DNA of 62,279 nt from a candidate division WWE3 bacterium (GTDB lineage: Bacteria; Patescibacteriota; WWE3; UBA101185; UBA10185). Each line of letters opens with the position of its first letter. Position 1 is the first letter of the stretch. The notes below the pieces were generated by a model. That model was not told the DNA's origin. It saw only the letters and a program-made list of their open reading frames with translations, and did not search any database. The translations under genes were made by a program, and so were the position numbers. Location of the stretch: positions 1-62,279 of the forward strand of contig JAAZNL010000004.1 of assembly GCA_012798315.1 (NCBI GenBank). Direction: 5' to 3'. Shown piece after piece: positions 1 through 10,619 of the stretch.

Positions 1-2
1 AA

Positions 3-698
3 GAAGGAATTAAGGTTTTGTTGTTGGGAGAAGGTGCGGATGAGCTTTTTGGGGGATATTCTTGGTTCGGGCTCTCACAACTGCCGTTTAATCTACTGCC
101 CAAGCCAATCAGAGATAGCATTTATTATTACGCAATTTCCAGGAATTATTCATTTAATTTTTTACATTATTCCGGATATTGGAGTAAAAAATATTTTGGC
201 TCCGGTCCTACGTTTAACGACATCTCATCTCACGAATTATTTACTCAACTACCTAACCATTTATTAATGAAAGTAGACAAAGCGACCATGGCAGGTTCAA
301 TCGAAGCACGTGTCCCCTACCTTGATCATGGGCTAACTGAATATGTTTACGGTTTACCTCCAAGTTTTAAGTTAGCAGGAAAATTTTTTAACCCCAAACA
401 ATCCAATGAAAAAAGAATACTTAGAGACGTGGCTGCAAAATATTTACCTCAAAATGTCGCTTTTCGTAAGAAAAAAGGATTTTTATTACCAATGAATGAC
501 TTGTTGCGTGCAAATGTTGAAAATGTAAAATCCAGAGTATTATCCGGCGAATCTGTTTCTAAACAACTTTTAGGTTCAAAATTTGTTTCCGACCTTTTTG
601 TTGAATCGCCCGGCGCTCTAAGTAAAATGCAAAAAGAGTATTTTATGTGGCGGTTATTTCTGCTTGAGTCCTGGCTAAGACAATATAATATCAAATAA
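3..698 (+). CDS. asnB: Asparagine synthase (glutamine-hydrolysing)-like amidotransferase, C-terminal part (5' end outside window)
   Basis: GEGADELFGGY, KVDKATMAGSIEARVPYLD, EKRILR and RKKKGF motifs; frame open from the window start. Confidence 0.9.
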   Translation, partial: EGIKVLLLGEGADELFGGYSWFGLSQLPFNLLPKPIRDSIYYYAISRNYSFNFLHYSGYWSKKYFGSGPTFNDISSHELFTQLPNHLLMKVDKATMAGSIEARVPYLDHGLTEYVYGLPPSFKLAGKFFNPKQSNEKRILRDVAAKYLPQNVAFRKKKGFLLPMNDLLRANVENVKSRVLSGESVSKQLLGSKFVSDLFVESPGALSKMQKEYFMWRLFLLESWLRQYNIK

Positions 699-699
699 T

Positions 700-1857
700 A
701 TGAAATACGACTTTGTTGTGGTAATCCACAGGCTTTACGATAAAGGAACAATTAAAAAGGGCGGTGTAGACCTAATTGTGGACTACCTGTTAAAAAGAAA
801 TAACATTATTTTGATGATCGAATACCCGCTTAATTACAGTCAGTCCAATGAGATGCGTGTTTCACAGCTAACTTACGGGGAGACAACCCCGCTTTATATA
901 AGCAGAATTCCCATACGGATTAATGTAATATGCTGGGTGCTGGAGTTTTTCTTAACTTTAACCAATATTTTCAGATTTGCGGGAACCGGTGGAATTATTA
1001 TTACAAGTGACCCGCTAACCACATTGCCTGCAGTTTTGCTTAGAAAGGCAGGAATGTATAAATTTCATTATTACCACTCTGTTGATTATTCAACGGACCG
1101 TTTTAAAAATGTTGTATTAAACGCAATATATTTAAAACTTCTTAAAATTGGTTTAAAAAACGCCGATTTGGTGGGTATTGTAACCAGGCAGGCCGCCCAA
1201 CGATTAACAGGATACGGAGTTAAACGTACAGTATACATTCCCAACAGTTTGGATTTTCATTCACTTGATGGTATTAGAAAACCGATCAACAATAGAGACC
1301 GCAATTCATTGGTTATAACCTGTTCGGATGTCTCACATAAATATTTAATTATGGAACTTGTACAGTTAACGGAAAAACTGAAGGAAATTTATCCTGCGAT
1401 AAAACTAAATGTTGTTGGCAAGTTCGATCCGAAAGACCTATATTGTAAAGAATTACTTACTTATACTGAGAGCCATAATTTACAGGAAAATGTTATTTTT
1501 CACGGACAGGTTATGCGCGAATTAAATTATCAAATTATTGCCCAAAGTTACATTGGGCTGGCATTCTACGACGGATTGCATTCTCATGTTATTTATGGGG
1601 ATGCTATTAAAATCAGAGAATACGCCGCGTTTGGATTGCCTTCAGTTGCTGACACGCACACATATACAGCTGTAGAGATGAATGAAGTAGGTGCAGGATA
1701 TACTGTAGCCAATGTAGAAACGGCTTTTGAAAAGGTGAGAACTTTATTAGATGGTGAACAGGATTATAAATCGCGATCTGAAGCCGCTTTAAAATGGAGT
1801 AAGAAATACGACAAACGAAAACTGCTGGAAAATTTGTATACGCAGTATTTTAAATAA
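700..1857 (+). CDS. GT-B glycosyltransferase (GT4-like)
   Basis: 385 aa; C-terminal Rossmann-like region with KIREYAAFGLPSV; glycan locus context. Confidence 0.8.
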   Translation: MKYDFVVVIHRLYDKGTIKKGGVDLIVDYLLKRNNIILMIEYPLNYSQSNEMRVSQLTYGETTPLYISRIPIRINVICWVLEFFLTLTNIFRFAGTGGIIITSDPLTTLPAVLLRKAGMYKFHYYHSVDYSTDRFKNVVLNAIYLKLLKIGLKNADLVGIVTRQAAQRLTGYGVKRTVYIPNSLDFHSLDGIRKPINNRDRNSLVITCSDVSHKYLIMELVQLTEKLKEIYPAIKLNVVGKFDPKDLYCKELLTYTESHNLQENVIFHGQVMRELNYQIIAQSYIGLAFYDGLHSHVIYGDAIKIREYAAFGLPSVADTHTYTAVEMNEVGAGYTVANVETAFEKVRTLLDGEQDYKSRSEAALKWSKKYDKRKLLENLYTQYFK

Positions 1858-2686
1858 GTTCAAACAAAACGTCCCCGCTTTTAAACTCTTCGTCCTGTTC
1901 CAATTCGAAATTTCGGATAAACTTAATAACAACTTTTTTTCCTGATGCGTTTAGTAAATTGGTAACGTCAGAGATTGAATACTCTTCGCTGTTAAGTTCC
2001 ATAAGCAAATAATGTGTGCGCGAAAGTAAATTGGCTGCGCCTTTTAGAGCATTTAGCTCGTACCCTTCGACATCAAGTTTAAAAATATCAATTTGTGGCA
2101 GGTTCTTAAGTTCTTCGATATCGTCTAATTTTCGCATTTCTGCTTGATATGACGGGTTTTTATCGGATATTTTGGAAAAAGACGTTTCTTTAAAATTTAC
2201 GTCCATTCCGATTTTCCTGTTATCTTCACCTACAGCAAATTTATATGTGGTTACATCGTTAATTTTTTCTACATTTTTGACCAAAGCGTTGTAAGCGCTG
2301 TCTACAGGTTCAAAACAAAATATACTTGCGTTTGGGAAAATTTTTTTACACCCCAAAGTAAAATAACCCATGTTGGCACCGACATCTAAGATCACAGGTT
2401 TATTGTTAATATTTAGTTTGGTTAACCAGTAAATTTGTTCGGCAAGCATACAGGAATATCCGACTAAACCGTAAGGTGTTCCGTAGTATATTTTTTCACC
2501 GTTCACATTTATAAACGATTCTGCGGTTTTAAAGGGAATAAAAAAGTGTTTGAACAAAGTGTTGTATTTTCCAAATAAAATGTCCCATTTATCCGACGGT
2601 TTTAAAAAATTTACTCTGGTAATAAATTTATAATCGATTATTAAATTTCTTCGAAAAAGCCATGCCAGCTTGTCAATTATTTTCAT
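1850..2686 (-). CDS. FkbM family SAM-dependent methyltransferase
   Basis: ILDVGANMG, FEPV and KLDVEGYE motifs; start moved to ATG 2686 (MKIIDK) to avoid overlap with the divergent gene. Confidence 0.9.
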   Translation of the reverse strand: MKIIDKLAWLFRRNLIIDYKFITRVNFLKPSDKWDILFGKYNTLFKHFFIPFKTAESFINVNGEKIYYGTPYGLVGYSCMLAEQIYWLTKLNINNKPVILDVGANMGYFTLGCKKIFPNASIFCFEPVDSAYNALVKNVEKINDVTTYKFAVGEDNRKIGMDVNFKETSFSKISDKNPSYQAEMRKLDDIEELKNLPQIDIFKLDVEGYELNALKGAANLLSRTHYLLMELNSEEYSISDVTNLLNASGKKVVIKFIRNFELEQDEEFKSGDVLFELI

Positions 2687-2726
2687 ATATATAACAATTC
2701 TATTGTAAAATACACTTACTGCAACT

Positions 2727-3887
2727 ATGAACAAAATTGATTACGTAGTGTATATTCATCGTTTGTACGACTCAGGCAGACCTAAGTTAGGTGGTTTAGA
2801 CTATTTAATAGAACATTTGCTGGCAAATGGCAAAAGAGTTTTAGTGGTAGAATCACCTCTTTATCCTCGTCAATACAGCACCATTGTAGTAACTTACCGT
2901 GAAGGTACAGACATACAAAAACTTTATGATTTTGACCTGAGATTTTCCAACGACGCGTTTGTTTGGCTGGTTGGTATTTTGATTGATTTTTATGTTGCGG
3001 CCAGATACAAAACTAAAAATGCATATGTGTTATCGTCTGATCCGCTATCATCTTTTCCGGCCATTGTTTTGAGAAAAGCCGGCTTATTTAGATTTCATTA
3101 TTACCATTGCACTGATTATTCGGAAACACGTTTTAAAAACAAGTTTTTGAACCAACTTTATAGGTGGTTATTATCTTTAAGTATGCGCAACGCGGATTTG
3201 GTAGGGGCAGTCAGTAAAAGAATTCTAGACCAGGCCAGAGAATACAATCCTAAAAATATTACATATATTCCAAATAGTCCCGACTTTGAAAGCTATGCCA
3301 ATTATCGCGTTGCGGTAACTGACCGAAACAAAAAAATGTTAGTTCTTACATGCGCAGGAATTATTCAAAGGTACAACGTATTAGAAACTATCAGGATACT
3401 GGCCGAAGTTTTAAAAAGTATATCCGGCGTCAAATTGACTATCATCGGCAGTACTGATCTTGATAAGGACTATTATTCCAAGGTTTTATCAGAGATTGTG
3501 AAATTAGAACTTCAGGATTCCGTTATTTTTACAGGTTATGTTTCGCGCGAGGCCAATTGTGAAATAATCGCGCGTTCGTATATTGGTATAGCGTTATACG
3601 ATCCTGTAGATTCGTACTCTAAGTACGCCGATCCGTTAAAAATCAGGGAATACGCTGCACTTGGTATACCGTGTGTTTCCGATTTGGTAACAAGCGCCTC
3701 CGAAGAGATGGCAGAAAATAAAGCTGGATACGCGGTTTCCGATTATAAAGACGCAGTGGTAAAAATAGTTACGCTTTTACAGGACAATGAAACATATATT
3801 AAATTTAGTGAGAATGCACTAAAATGGGCTATGGCGTTAGACAAACAAAGGATACTAAAAAAATTAATTGATACCTATTTAGCATGA
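2727..3887 (+). CDS. GT-B glycosyltransferase (GT4-like), paralog of 700..1857
   Basis: Shares HRLYD, SDPL, FHYYH-DYS-RFKN and KIREYAA motifs with 700..1857. Confidence 0.8.
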   Translation: MNKIDYVVYIHRLYDSGRPKLGGLDYLIEHLLANGKRVLVVESPLYPRQYSTIVVTYREGTDIQKLYDFDLRFSNDAFVWLVGILIDFYVAARYKTKNAYVLSSDPLSSFPAIVLRKAGLFRFHYYHCTDYSETRFKNKFLNQLYRWLLSLSMRNADLVGAVSKRILDQAREYNPKNITYIPNSPDFESYANYRVAVTDRNKKMLVLTCAGIIQRYNVLETIRILAEVLKSISGVKLTIIGSTDLDKDYYSKVLSEIVKLELQDSVIFTGYVSREANCEIIARSYIGIALYDPVDSYSKYADPLKIREYAALGIPCVSDLVTSASEEMAENKAGYAVSDYKDAVVKIVTLLQDNETYIKFSENALKWAMALDKQRILKKLIDTYLA

Positions 3888-6800
3888 TTAAGAATTACCG
3901 GACATTTTTCTTTTTGTCATTGTTGGCAGGTTTAATACCCTTATTATGGTTTAAAGGGGTTCCCATAGCCGGGGAGGAGTTTTACGCGTTGGATTACGCT
4001 AAATGGGGCAGTCTGTTTTCGGGCGGCTGGTTTAACGCTGTAAATTGGGGAGAATACAGTCCCCTATCTGCTTTCAAATTCCAGGGGGCTCTTTTTGCCT
4101 TTTTGTATGTATTAGGTTTTTCAAAATACCTTGCCTTAGTGTTTTGGTATACCTCAATATCAGTACTTACTGTTGGGTTTATGTATTATTTTTTGTATAA
4201 AACGTTTGGTACAAAATATTCTCCTTTTTTGTACTTTATTTCCTCGGTTTATTATTTATTCTCGCCTTTCTTTTTAAACATTTCCGTTACGCTTTCTCCA
4301 CCGAAGCTTTTTTTTCTGGGTTTACCGGTTTTATTTATTATCTTTTTAGATTTATATCGGAACAAAAACATAACAGTAAAAGATATCGTAAAAATAAATC
4401 TTATACTTTTAGTTTTGTCTCCGATCTTTGTTAACATACCACTTGGGTTAGTTTTGTTAGGTGTTGTTTATTTAAACTTAATTTTTGTTTTGTTAGTTTC
4501 TCGTCTTAAGTGGAATAAAACAATTGGAATCTTGGCAGGTTTTACATTAGTTTACTTAGCATTAAATATTTGGTGGCTTATTCCTACCGCGTACAAGCAG
4601 TTTAGCCAGTCTGCTAGTGTAAAACAGGAGGCGTCAGCTTTCGTTACATTCGATAAAACAGCAACTTTGGATGCATTAAGCTTATTCGGCAGTTGGGCGT
4701 TTAGGGAAAACATTTTTAACACCGAATATTACTATTTTCCTTATTTTAAAAATTACGACACTTTTCCGGGGGGGATAATCAGATTCATACCTTATTTCTT
4801 TATTATTGTGGGGCTGGTGGGTTTAGTAAGAACGCGCCGTGGTTCCGACAAGACTGAAAAAGATTTTTTTATATATTACATATTTTTAATTCATATTGTG
4901 TTTTTGTTTTTAACCAAGGGTACGTCAGAACCCTTCGGGTTTGTGTACAAATTTTTATACGATAAATTCCCATTATTTTGGATGTTCCGCGAGCCTTACG
5001 CCAAGTTTGCGCCGGTTGCGGCATTTACTACATCAATGCTCTTTGTGTATGGCGCCGGGTACGCATACAGTTATATTAACGAGCGTTACATAAAGGCAAA
5101 GAACACCGCGCAACAACGGTATATAAATATAGCAATTTCTGTAGCCGCGCTATTAATAACTCTTATGTATGCGAGACCTTTTATTTTCGGTGATGTTATT
5201 TGGAATGTGAATGACAATAATTTGAGATCTTACCATGTTAAAGCACCCGAAGAATGGAAAAGTATTCAGTCCGGCTGGAAACCCGGGGAAGGATATTATT
5301 ATCAGTTCCCTTCAACCGACATTTATGATTCTTATAATTGGGAATCAGGATACAACGGTAATCCTTATTTGATGCTCACGAATGCAAAGTTGCTTAACCC
5401 GGAAAAAGGGTATAGCTCAAGTGAGAACATAGAAAGAAAATACATAACTTCGTACCTTTACAATTTAATTATCAATAATCCCGAAAAGTTAATTCAAAAC
5501 GCTTCCAGATACAATTTGAGTGGAATAATTTTGCAAAAGGATACTGTATATAACAATTACAAGTACGCCTTTAGTGTAATTCAACAAAAATATAACGATC
5601 TGTTGGAGTACGGAAATAACATAGTTGATATCTATCGTTTGAACGCACAGGAACCGATCTTGTTGGATATTGTGTCAAAAGCAGGGATTTTAAAATTAAA
5701 ACCGGAATCGCTGTCTTATTATCATCTAATTAGAGAGGTTACAGATCCAGCCAGTCTGTTGGTTATTAATTCACAGACAAACGATTATGCCGGCGTATCT
5801 CCTCAGGCAGGGAAGGATAATTATGAAGTTTCCTACGCATTAAACCCTGAAAGTGCGGGCTATAACTATTATCTTTATGGAAATATTGGCAATATATCTG
5901 AAATTCAATTGGATTCGAAAAATATTCAGGTTTCGGAAACAAAAGACAATTATATAAAAATCTCTGCGGATGTTTATAAAGACTGTTGTAAAACTATAAA
6001 GGTTCAAACCCGGGACGGGATTTTAAGCGGTGGTTCCGCGCCATTAATTTGGGGTTCACTGCCTGTGTTCGCCCCTGATATTAAACAGTTACAGAAACTG
6101 GATTCTCCTTATATATCCATAAACACAGAGCAGGTTTACTTGGCACCGTTGCCTTTTTTTGATCCTACACGTGTTAATCACATACAGTTTTCGCTGAAAG
6201 GAAATTATAACTATCCGGTAGGTATGTCGCTGGTGCAAGTGGATAACGACACCAAAAGTACCCGCTATTTCGTGAACTATAAAATACAGGACATCTCAAA
6301 ACCTTTAACAATTGTGTACGACGGAGTTGTAAATTCACTTACCAGTGTTTTTGAAAGCCCAAGTTACTACGTTGCAATTTACGGAATGAAATTAGTAGGT
6401 GAGGATCAAAAATCCGTTCCTTACCCGGAAGACATTAAATATGTTGCAAGCCCGGTTACGGTAGTCCAGGAAAGGATTCCGTATCTTTTTGCACTTCCTA
6501 ATGTAAATGTTGTAGAAAATATCCCGGTTGCGCCAGAATATAGGCAAATTACTAAGTCTCTGGTATTGGTAAAATTTCCTGATGAAATTAAAAATCAGTC
6601 TGTTTTGCAGTTCAAAAACTCCCACAACCCTTTGTGGCGTTTGGTACGAATAGATGAAGCTATGTATGCCCGTATTTCCGCTAATGGACTAGCATTTACC
6701 GATTTACTGAAATTGTATTCGGAAAATAAGTCAGGGCAGGAACCTCTGAACATTGAATATTATTCAAACGGATGGGAAATTGCACCTGAAGTTGCCGGTA

Positions 6801-6937
6801 CACATGCCGCAATTATTTTTCTTCCAAGTATGGTACAGGATATATGTTTTTATGTATCAAAATTAGCGTTTTTTGGAGTTATAGTATTATTAATTACAAA
6901 AATATTGCTGGCAAAAAAAAGGGAGGCACATTCGTAA
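3884..6937 (+). CDS. Large polytopic membrane protein, GT-C-like (DUF3367/AftD-like or YfhO-like) with extracytoplasmic domain and C-terminal TM
   Basis: About 12 hydrophobic segments in the first 430 aa, acidic GEEF in the first loop, FREPYAKF motif, NGW near a C-terminal TM helix. Confidence 0.55.
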   Translation: MIKNYRTFFFLSLLAGLIPLLWFKGVPIAGEEFYALDYAKWGSLFSGGWFNAVNWGEYSPLSAFKFQGALFAFLYVLGFSKYLALVFWYTSISVLTVGFMYYFLYKTFGTKYSPFLYFISSVYYLFSPFFLNISVTLSPPKLFFLGLPVLFIIFLDLYRNKNITVKDIVKINLILLVLSPIFVNIPLGLVLLGVVYLNLIFVLLVSRLKWNKTIGILAGFTLVYLALNIWWLIPTAYKQFSQSASVKQEASAFVTFDKTATLDALSLFGSWAFRENIFNTEYYYFPYFKNYDTFPGGIIRFIPYFFIIVGLVGLVRTRRGSDKTEKDFFIYYIFLIHIVFLFLTKGTSEPFGFVYKFLYDKFPLFWMFREPYAKFAPVAAFTTSMLFVYGAGYAYSYINERYIKAKNTAQQRYINIAISVAALLITLMYARPFIFGDVIWNVNDNNLRSYHVKAPEEWKSIQSGWKPGEGYYYQFPSTDIYDSYNWESGYNGNPYLMLTNAKLLNPEKGYSSSENIERKYITSYLYNLIINNPEKLIQNASRYNLSGIILQKDTVYNNYKYAFSVIQQKYNDLLEYGNNIVDIYRLNAQEPILLDIVSKAGILKLKPESLSYYHLIREVTDPASLLVINSQTNDYAGVSPQAGKDNYEVSYALNPESAGYNYYLYGNIGNISEIQLDSKNIQVSETKDNYIKISADVYKDCCKTIKVQTRDGILSGGSAPLIWGSLPVFAPDIKQLQKLDSPYISINTEQVYLAPLPFFDPTRVNHIQFSLKGNYNYPVGMSLVQVDNDTKSTRYFVNYKIQDISKPLTIVYDGVVNSLTSVFESPSYYVAIYGMKLVGEDQKSVPYPEDIKYVASPVTVVQERIPYLFALPNVNVVENIPVAPEYRQITKSLVLVKFPDEIKNQSVLQFKNSHNPLWRLVRIDEAMYARISANGLAFTDLLKLYSENKSGQEPLNIEYYSNGWEIAPEVAGTHAAIIFLPSMVQDICFYVSKLAFFGVIVLLITKILLAKKREAHS

Positions 6938-7155
6938 TGGTATATGTAATTATGTTGACAGTATATTTGATAGCAAGGTTTTATATCTCAAACATGCTCC
7001 TGATGTTGTTTTATCTAAACATTTTGTTAATCGGTTTATTTGCTCTGATATTATGTATTGCCGGAATGACTTCGGCGGCACCCTTTGGTGTATACTCTTT
7101 TCTGTTATTTATTTTCATTTTTATCGAAGCATCCGTAAGTTTCTTTAAAAAATAA
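6937..7155 (+). CDS. Small hydrophobic membrane protein (72 aa)
   Basis: ATG overlaps the upstream stop (TAATG); fills the operon gap; almost entirely hydrophobic. Confidence 0.55.
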   Translation: MVYVIMLTVYLIARFYISNMLLMLFYLNILLIGLFALILCIAGMTSAAPFGVYSFLLFIFIFIEASVSFFKK

Positions 7156-7157
7156 GT

Positions 7158-7592
7158 ATGCCTCTTTGGATTCACGAAATTTTACATTTTAGTATTTTTG
7201 CGGTTTTGTATGGCTTTACCGGTCTTTTTTATAAACCATTCAAAGATGTCCGGCACTTTTTAATCGGATTTATGTCCGCTGTCTTGATAGATCTCGATCA
7301 TTTGCTGGATTACTTTTTATTTAATGGTTTTAGCAGGTTTAATCTATTTGAGTTTTTGTCTTGCGACTTTTATAACAAAGCGGGGAAGGCGTTTATTTTG
7401 TTTCACGGATGGGAATATCTGGCGATTATTTTAGTTGTTGCGATATTGCTAAAAAAGACTAAATGGTCTTCGGTTGCATTTGCGTTTGCGCTAGGTATGT
7501 GTGCCCACTTATTATTTGACACTTATGTCAACGGCCTGCCGGATTACTTTTACTTTATTAGCCTGCGCATTTTAAATGGATTCACACTATAA
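7158..7592 (+). CDS. Membrane metal-dependent hydrolase-like protein (YdjM/DUF457-like)
   Basis: HEILH, DLDH, FHGWE and HLLFD His/Asp motifs within TM helices. Confidence 0.65.
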   Translation: MPLWIHEILHFSIFAVLYGFTGLFYKPFKDVRHFLIGFMSAVLIDLDHLLDYFLFNGFSRFNLFEFLSCDFYNKAGKAFILFHGWEYLAIILVVAILLKKTKWSSVAFAFALGMCAHLLFDTYVNGLPDYFYFISLRILNGFTL

Positions 7593-7599
7593 TGGAAAT

Positions 7600-8970
7600 A
7601 TGAAAGCCTTTCTTACCATTGTATTGGGCTCCGCCGTTATATTCTTTTGCAGCTGGTTTAGTGTAAGCAGTCTCAAAATTAATAGTTTGGATATTCAATC
7701 CGAGGATACACTTCCCGCAATGTTTTTGCCGTATTCTATAGTCCAAAACGGTAATATTTATCTGGATCGTTTTTATGATCAACTTGTAAAAAAATATCCC
7801 CAGCCCGACGATAAGGATTATAAAAAAGGTAATGTTCCGTTTTATTTAATTAAAGTAGAGAACCACTACCTTTCGGCTTTTACAATTATAGCGCCATTAT
7901 TGGCTTTACCGGTTTATTTTTTTCCGGTGATATTTGGCGTTTTGCCGACCTGGCAAAATTTGATAATTTTATCCCACATGGCCGAAGCGTTGTTAATGGG
8001 GCTATCCGGATGGCTTCTGTATTTGATTGCAACCAAGCGTCTTAATTTAGAAACAAAATTAGCCCGCACGGTTACTGTAATTTATTTATTTGCGACAATA
8101 AACTATGGATTAGTATCACAGGCTTTATGGCAGCACGGGTCTGTGCAGCTGCTTTTATTGACGGGATTATATTTTTATTTATCCGAATCGTATTACATAA
8201 ATTACTTACTATCCGGAATTTTTTGGGGTTTTGCTTTTTTGGCGCGTCCCACGGCGTTATTACCGATTGCGTTGTTTTTTGGTACAACACTTTTAAGTTT
8301 CAGACCGGTAAAAGAAAAGTTATCGAAATTAGTGGTTTTAGCTTTCGGGGCATTGCCGGCTGTTACATTTTTTCTGTGGTATAACAGTACTTTTTATAGA
8401 TCGTTTACAAATCAAGGGTATAGCAGTCAGCTATTTACCAGTTGGCTGGGTGATTTTCCGGTAAGTTTTTTTGGAGTTTGGCTTTCACCAAGCAAAGGAA
8501 TATTAATTTATTCTCCGATTTTAATATTTTCGTTAATCGGCTTTGTTTTAGCATTGAAGAACAAAAATAAGAAAGTAACAGATTTGTATATTATCTCCGG
8601 TTTCGTAGTTTTTATTCACACATTAGTAATTAGTTTTTGGAAACATTGGTATGGCGGCTGGTCATTTGGATATCGGATGAGTTCGGATGTAATACCCTTT
8701 ATGGTCTTAATGATAGTGCCCTTCTTACAATCAGCTTATTACCAAAAATATAAAAAACTTTTTATTTGTCTATTAACGTTATCAATTATAATTCAGATTT
8801 TGTCGTTTATTTTTTATGACGGAATCTGGCACGCCGCGTATGATAAAGGTTTTCACGATACATCCTGGTTATGGTCTGTTAAGGATTCAGAGTTTGTTTT
8901 TAATATAAGAAGAGTACTTGTAAAACTAAATTTGCTAAGTCAGGCGTGTCCAAAATGTTTACCGCAATAA
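7600..8970 (+). CDS. GT-C fold membrane glycosyltransferase
   Basis: Polytopic; acidic SEDT in first loop, SQALWQH, ARPT and WYGGWSFGYR; ATG 7600 preferred over 7576. Confidence 0.6.
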   Translation: MKAFLTIVLGSAVIFFCSWFSVSSLKINSLDIQSEDTLPAMFLPYSIVQNGNIYLDRFYDQLVKKYPQPDDKDYKKGNVPFYLIKVENHYLSAFTIIAPLLALPVYFFPVIFGVLPTWQNLIILSHMAEALLMGLSGWLLYLIATKRLNLETKLARTVTVIYLFATINYGLVSQALWQHGSVQLLLLTGLYFYLSESYYINYLLSGIFWGFAFLARPTALLPIALFFGTTLLSFRPVKEKLSKLVVLAFGALPAVTFFLWYNSTFYRSFTNQGYSSQLFTSWLGDFPVSFFGVWLSPSKGILIYSPILIFSLIGFVLALKNKNKKVTDLYIISGFVVFIHTLVISFWKHWYGGWSFGYRMSSDVIPFMVLMIVPFLQSAYYQKYKKLFICLLTLSIIIQILSFIFYDGIWHAAYDKGFHDTSWLWSVKDSEFVFNIRRVLVKLNLLSQACPKCLPQ

Positions 8971-10619
8971 AGAATAACAGACATCTTTTAGCAGTGATCG
9001 TCGCGTTTTTATTATTTGTTGTAATAGTAGGCGTAAAAGGAAATTTTCCGACAAACGATGATTGGTATTTTGTCCGGCAGGTAAAAGCTTTTGATTTGGG
9101 AATATTTAAACTTCACGCGAAAGTACTTCCTATTTTTATTGTTCAGGGTTTTTTGGGTTTATTGTGGGGTACGTTGTTTGGGATAGGATTCGATAGTCTC
9201 CGCATTCTAACTTTATTGGTAACGCTTTTTAGCGGAATCATTCTATATAGAACTATATTACTGGTAACGCCACAAAAAAGGTTAGCTGGTTTGGGCATGT
9301 TTATCTATTTGTTCAATCCTATTGTTTTATCATCCGCCTTTACATTTATGACTGAAAATTATTATTTGCTGTTTATGGTGTGCTCGGTATATTTTGCGGT
9401 TAAATTTTTCAATTTAAATAGAACCAAAGAGTTTTATTTGGCCTTGTTGTTTATGCTTTTAACTTCCTTAGTTAGGCAAACTGGTTTGTTTTTATTTTTA
9501 GCTTTTTTCGCTGCAGCATCTTGGAAAAACGTAAAAAATATATCTTGGCGAAAAACATTGTTTTTTTTCTTTTCACTTACGGTTACGATCTTGCTAATAG
9601 TCTTTTGGCCACGTTATCAAACGTCAGTTATAGATAAATCGATAAATTTGTCGTCTGGCTATAACGTAATTCTCGAACGATTAAGTGTTTATTTATTAGC
9701 TATACCAATGCTCGTGTTTTGGATATCTCCCTTGTTTATTATTAAAAAGCCATCTGTAGGGCGGTTGTTTGATGTGTCAGTTTTAACTTGGCTTTTTTCA
9801 TATATTGTATTCCGCGTGGACATTTTTCCTTTAGGAAGCGTTTTCTATTTTGAAAGTTTACATATTAAGTCGGGGTTCAGACACAGTTTAAGTATTTTTG
9901 ATAATGTTCCTGCAAAAATTGTTATGTCGGTCTATCTTGGTTTGCTGATTTCGGTTTCCGCTATTTACGTATTTAATAAAATTAAAAAAATTCACATAAA
10001 TAACCGAGTAACTGTATTTTTGTGGTTATGTGTTGTGGGTGTATTAACACCGATTTTGTTGACCCCGACAGTCTATGACCGATATTTTACGCCTTTAATT
10101 GTATTTACCGTTTTGCTGTTAATACCGGAAATCAAGTCGCAGTCCAAAATATTTACTTTGGGAATTTTAATTTTCGCGTTTATATCTGTTGTTAATGTTT
10201 ACGAATTTATAATTGTTAAGTCACTTAAGCATAAGTTATACGAAAGTCTTTTGGCAGATTCTACTGTTAATGTTACCGAAAGGGATATTTACATAGACGA
10301 TACTTACAGTAAATACTTATACGCCGAGGAACAAGAGGACTATGCGGGGCGCGGCCAAAACTTGCCTGTGGGGTTAGTGCACAAGTGTTTTATACAGCAG
10401 TATACGATTGATGGCCCTTTTACTTTATTTATAAAAAATTTAGAGGATAAAGTCGAAAAAAGGATTAAAAACCCTTCGGTTTACGGCTCTACACCGCCAA
10501 TCCGGAATATCAGGATATCCAAACATTTGAATGAACTTAACCGTAACGAAATGTACTTTTCGCCTTTATATTCTATAATTGGAAAGACAGCTTTTGTGGG
10601 AAGCTGGTGCGATAAATGA
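8946..10619 (+). CDS. GT-C (PMT_2/GT39-like) membrane glycosyltransferase
   Basis: NDDW first-loop motif, LFNP, FMTE, RQTG and YDRY; many TM helices. Confidence 0.7.
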   Translation: MSKMFTAIKNNRHLLAVIVAFLLFVVIVGVKGNFPTNDDWYFVRQVKAFDLGIFKLHAKVLPIFIVQGFLGLLWGTLFGIGFDSLRILTLLVTLFSGIILYRTILLVTPQKRLAGLGMFIYLFNPIVLSSAFTFMTENYYLLFMVCSVYFAVKFFNLNRTKEFYLALLFMLLTSLVRQTGLFLFLAFFAAASWKNVKNISWRKTLFFFFSLTVTILLIVFWPRYQTSVIDKSINLSSGYNVILERLSVYLLAIPMLVFWISPLFIIKKPSVGRLFDVSVLTWLFSYIVFRVDIFPLGSVFYFESLHIKSGFRHSLSIFDNVPAKIVMSVYLGLLISVSAIYVFNKIKKIHINNRVTVFLWLCVVGVLTPILLTPTVYDRYFTPLIVFTVLLLIPEIKSQSKIFTLGILIFAFISVVNVYEFIIVKSLKHKLYESLLADSTVNVTERDIYIDDTYSKYLYAEEQEDYAGRGQNLPVGLVHKCFIQQYTIDGPFTLFIKNLEDKVEKRIKNPSVYGSTPPIRNIRISKHLNELNRNEMYFSPLYSIIGKTAFVGSWCDK

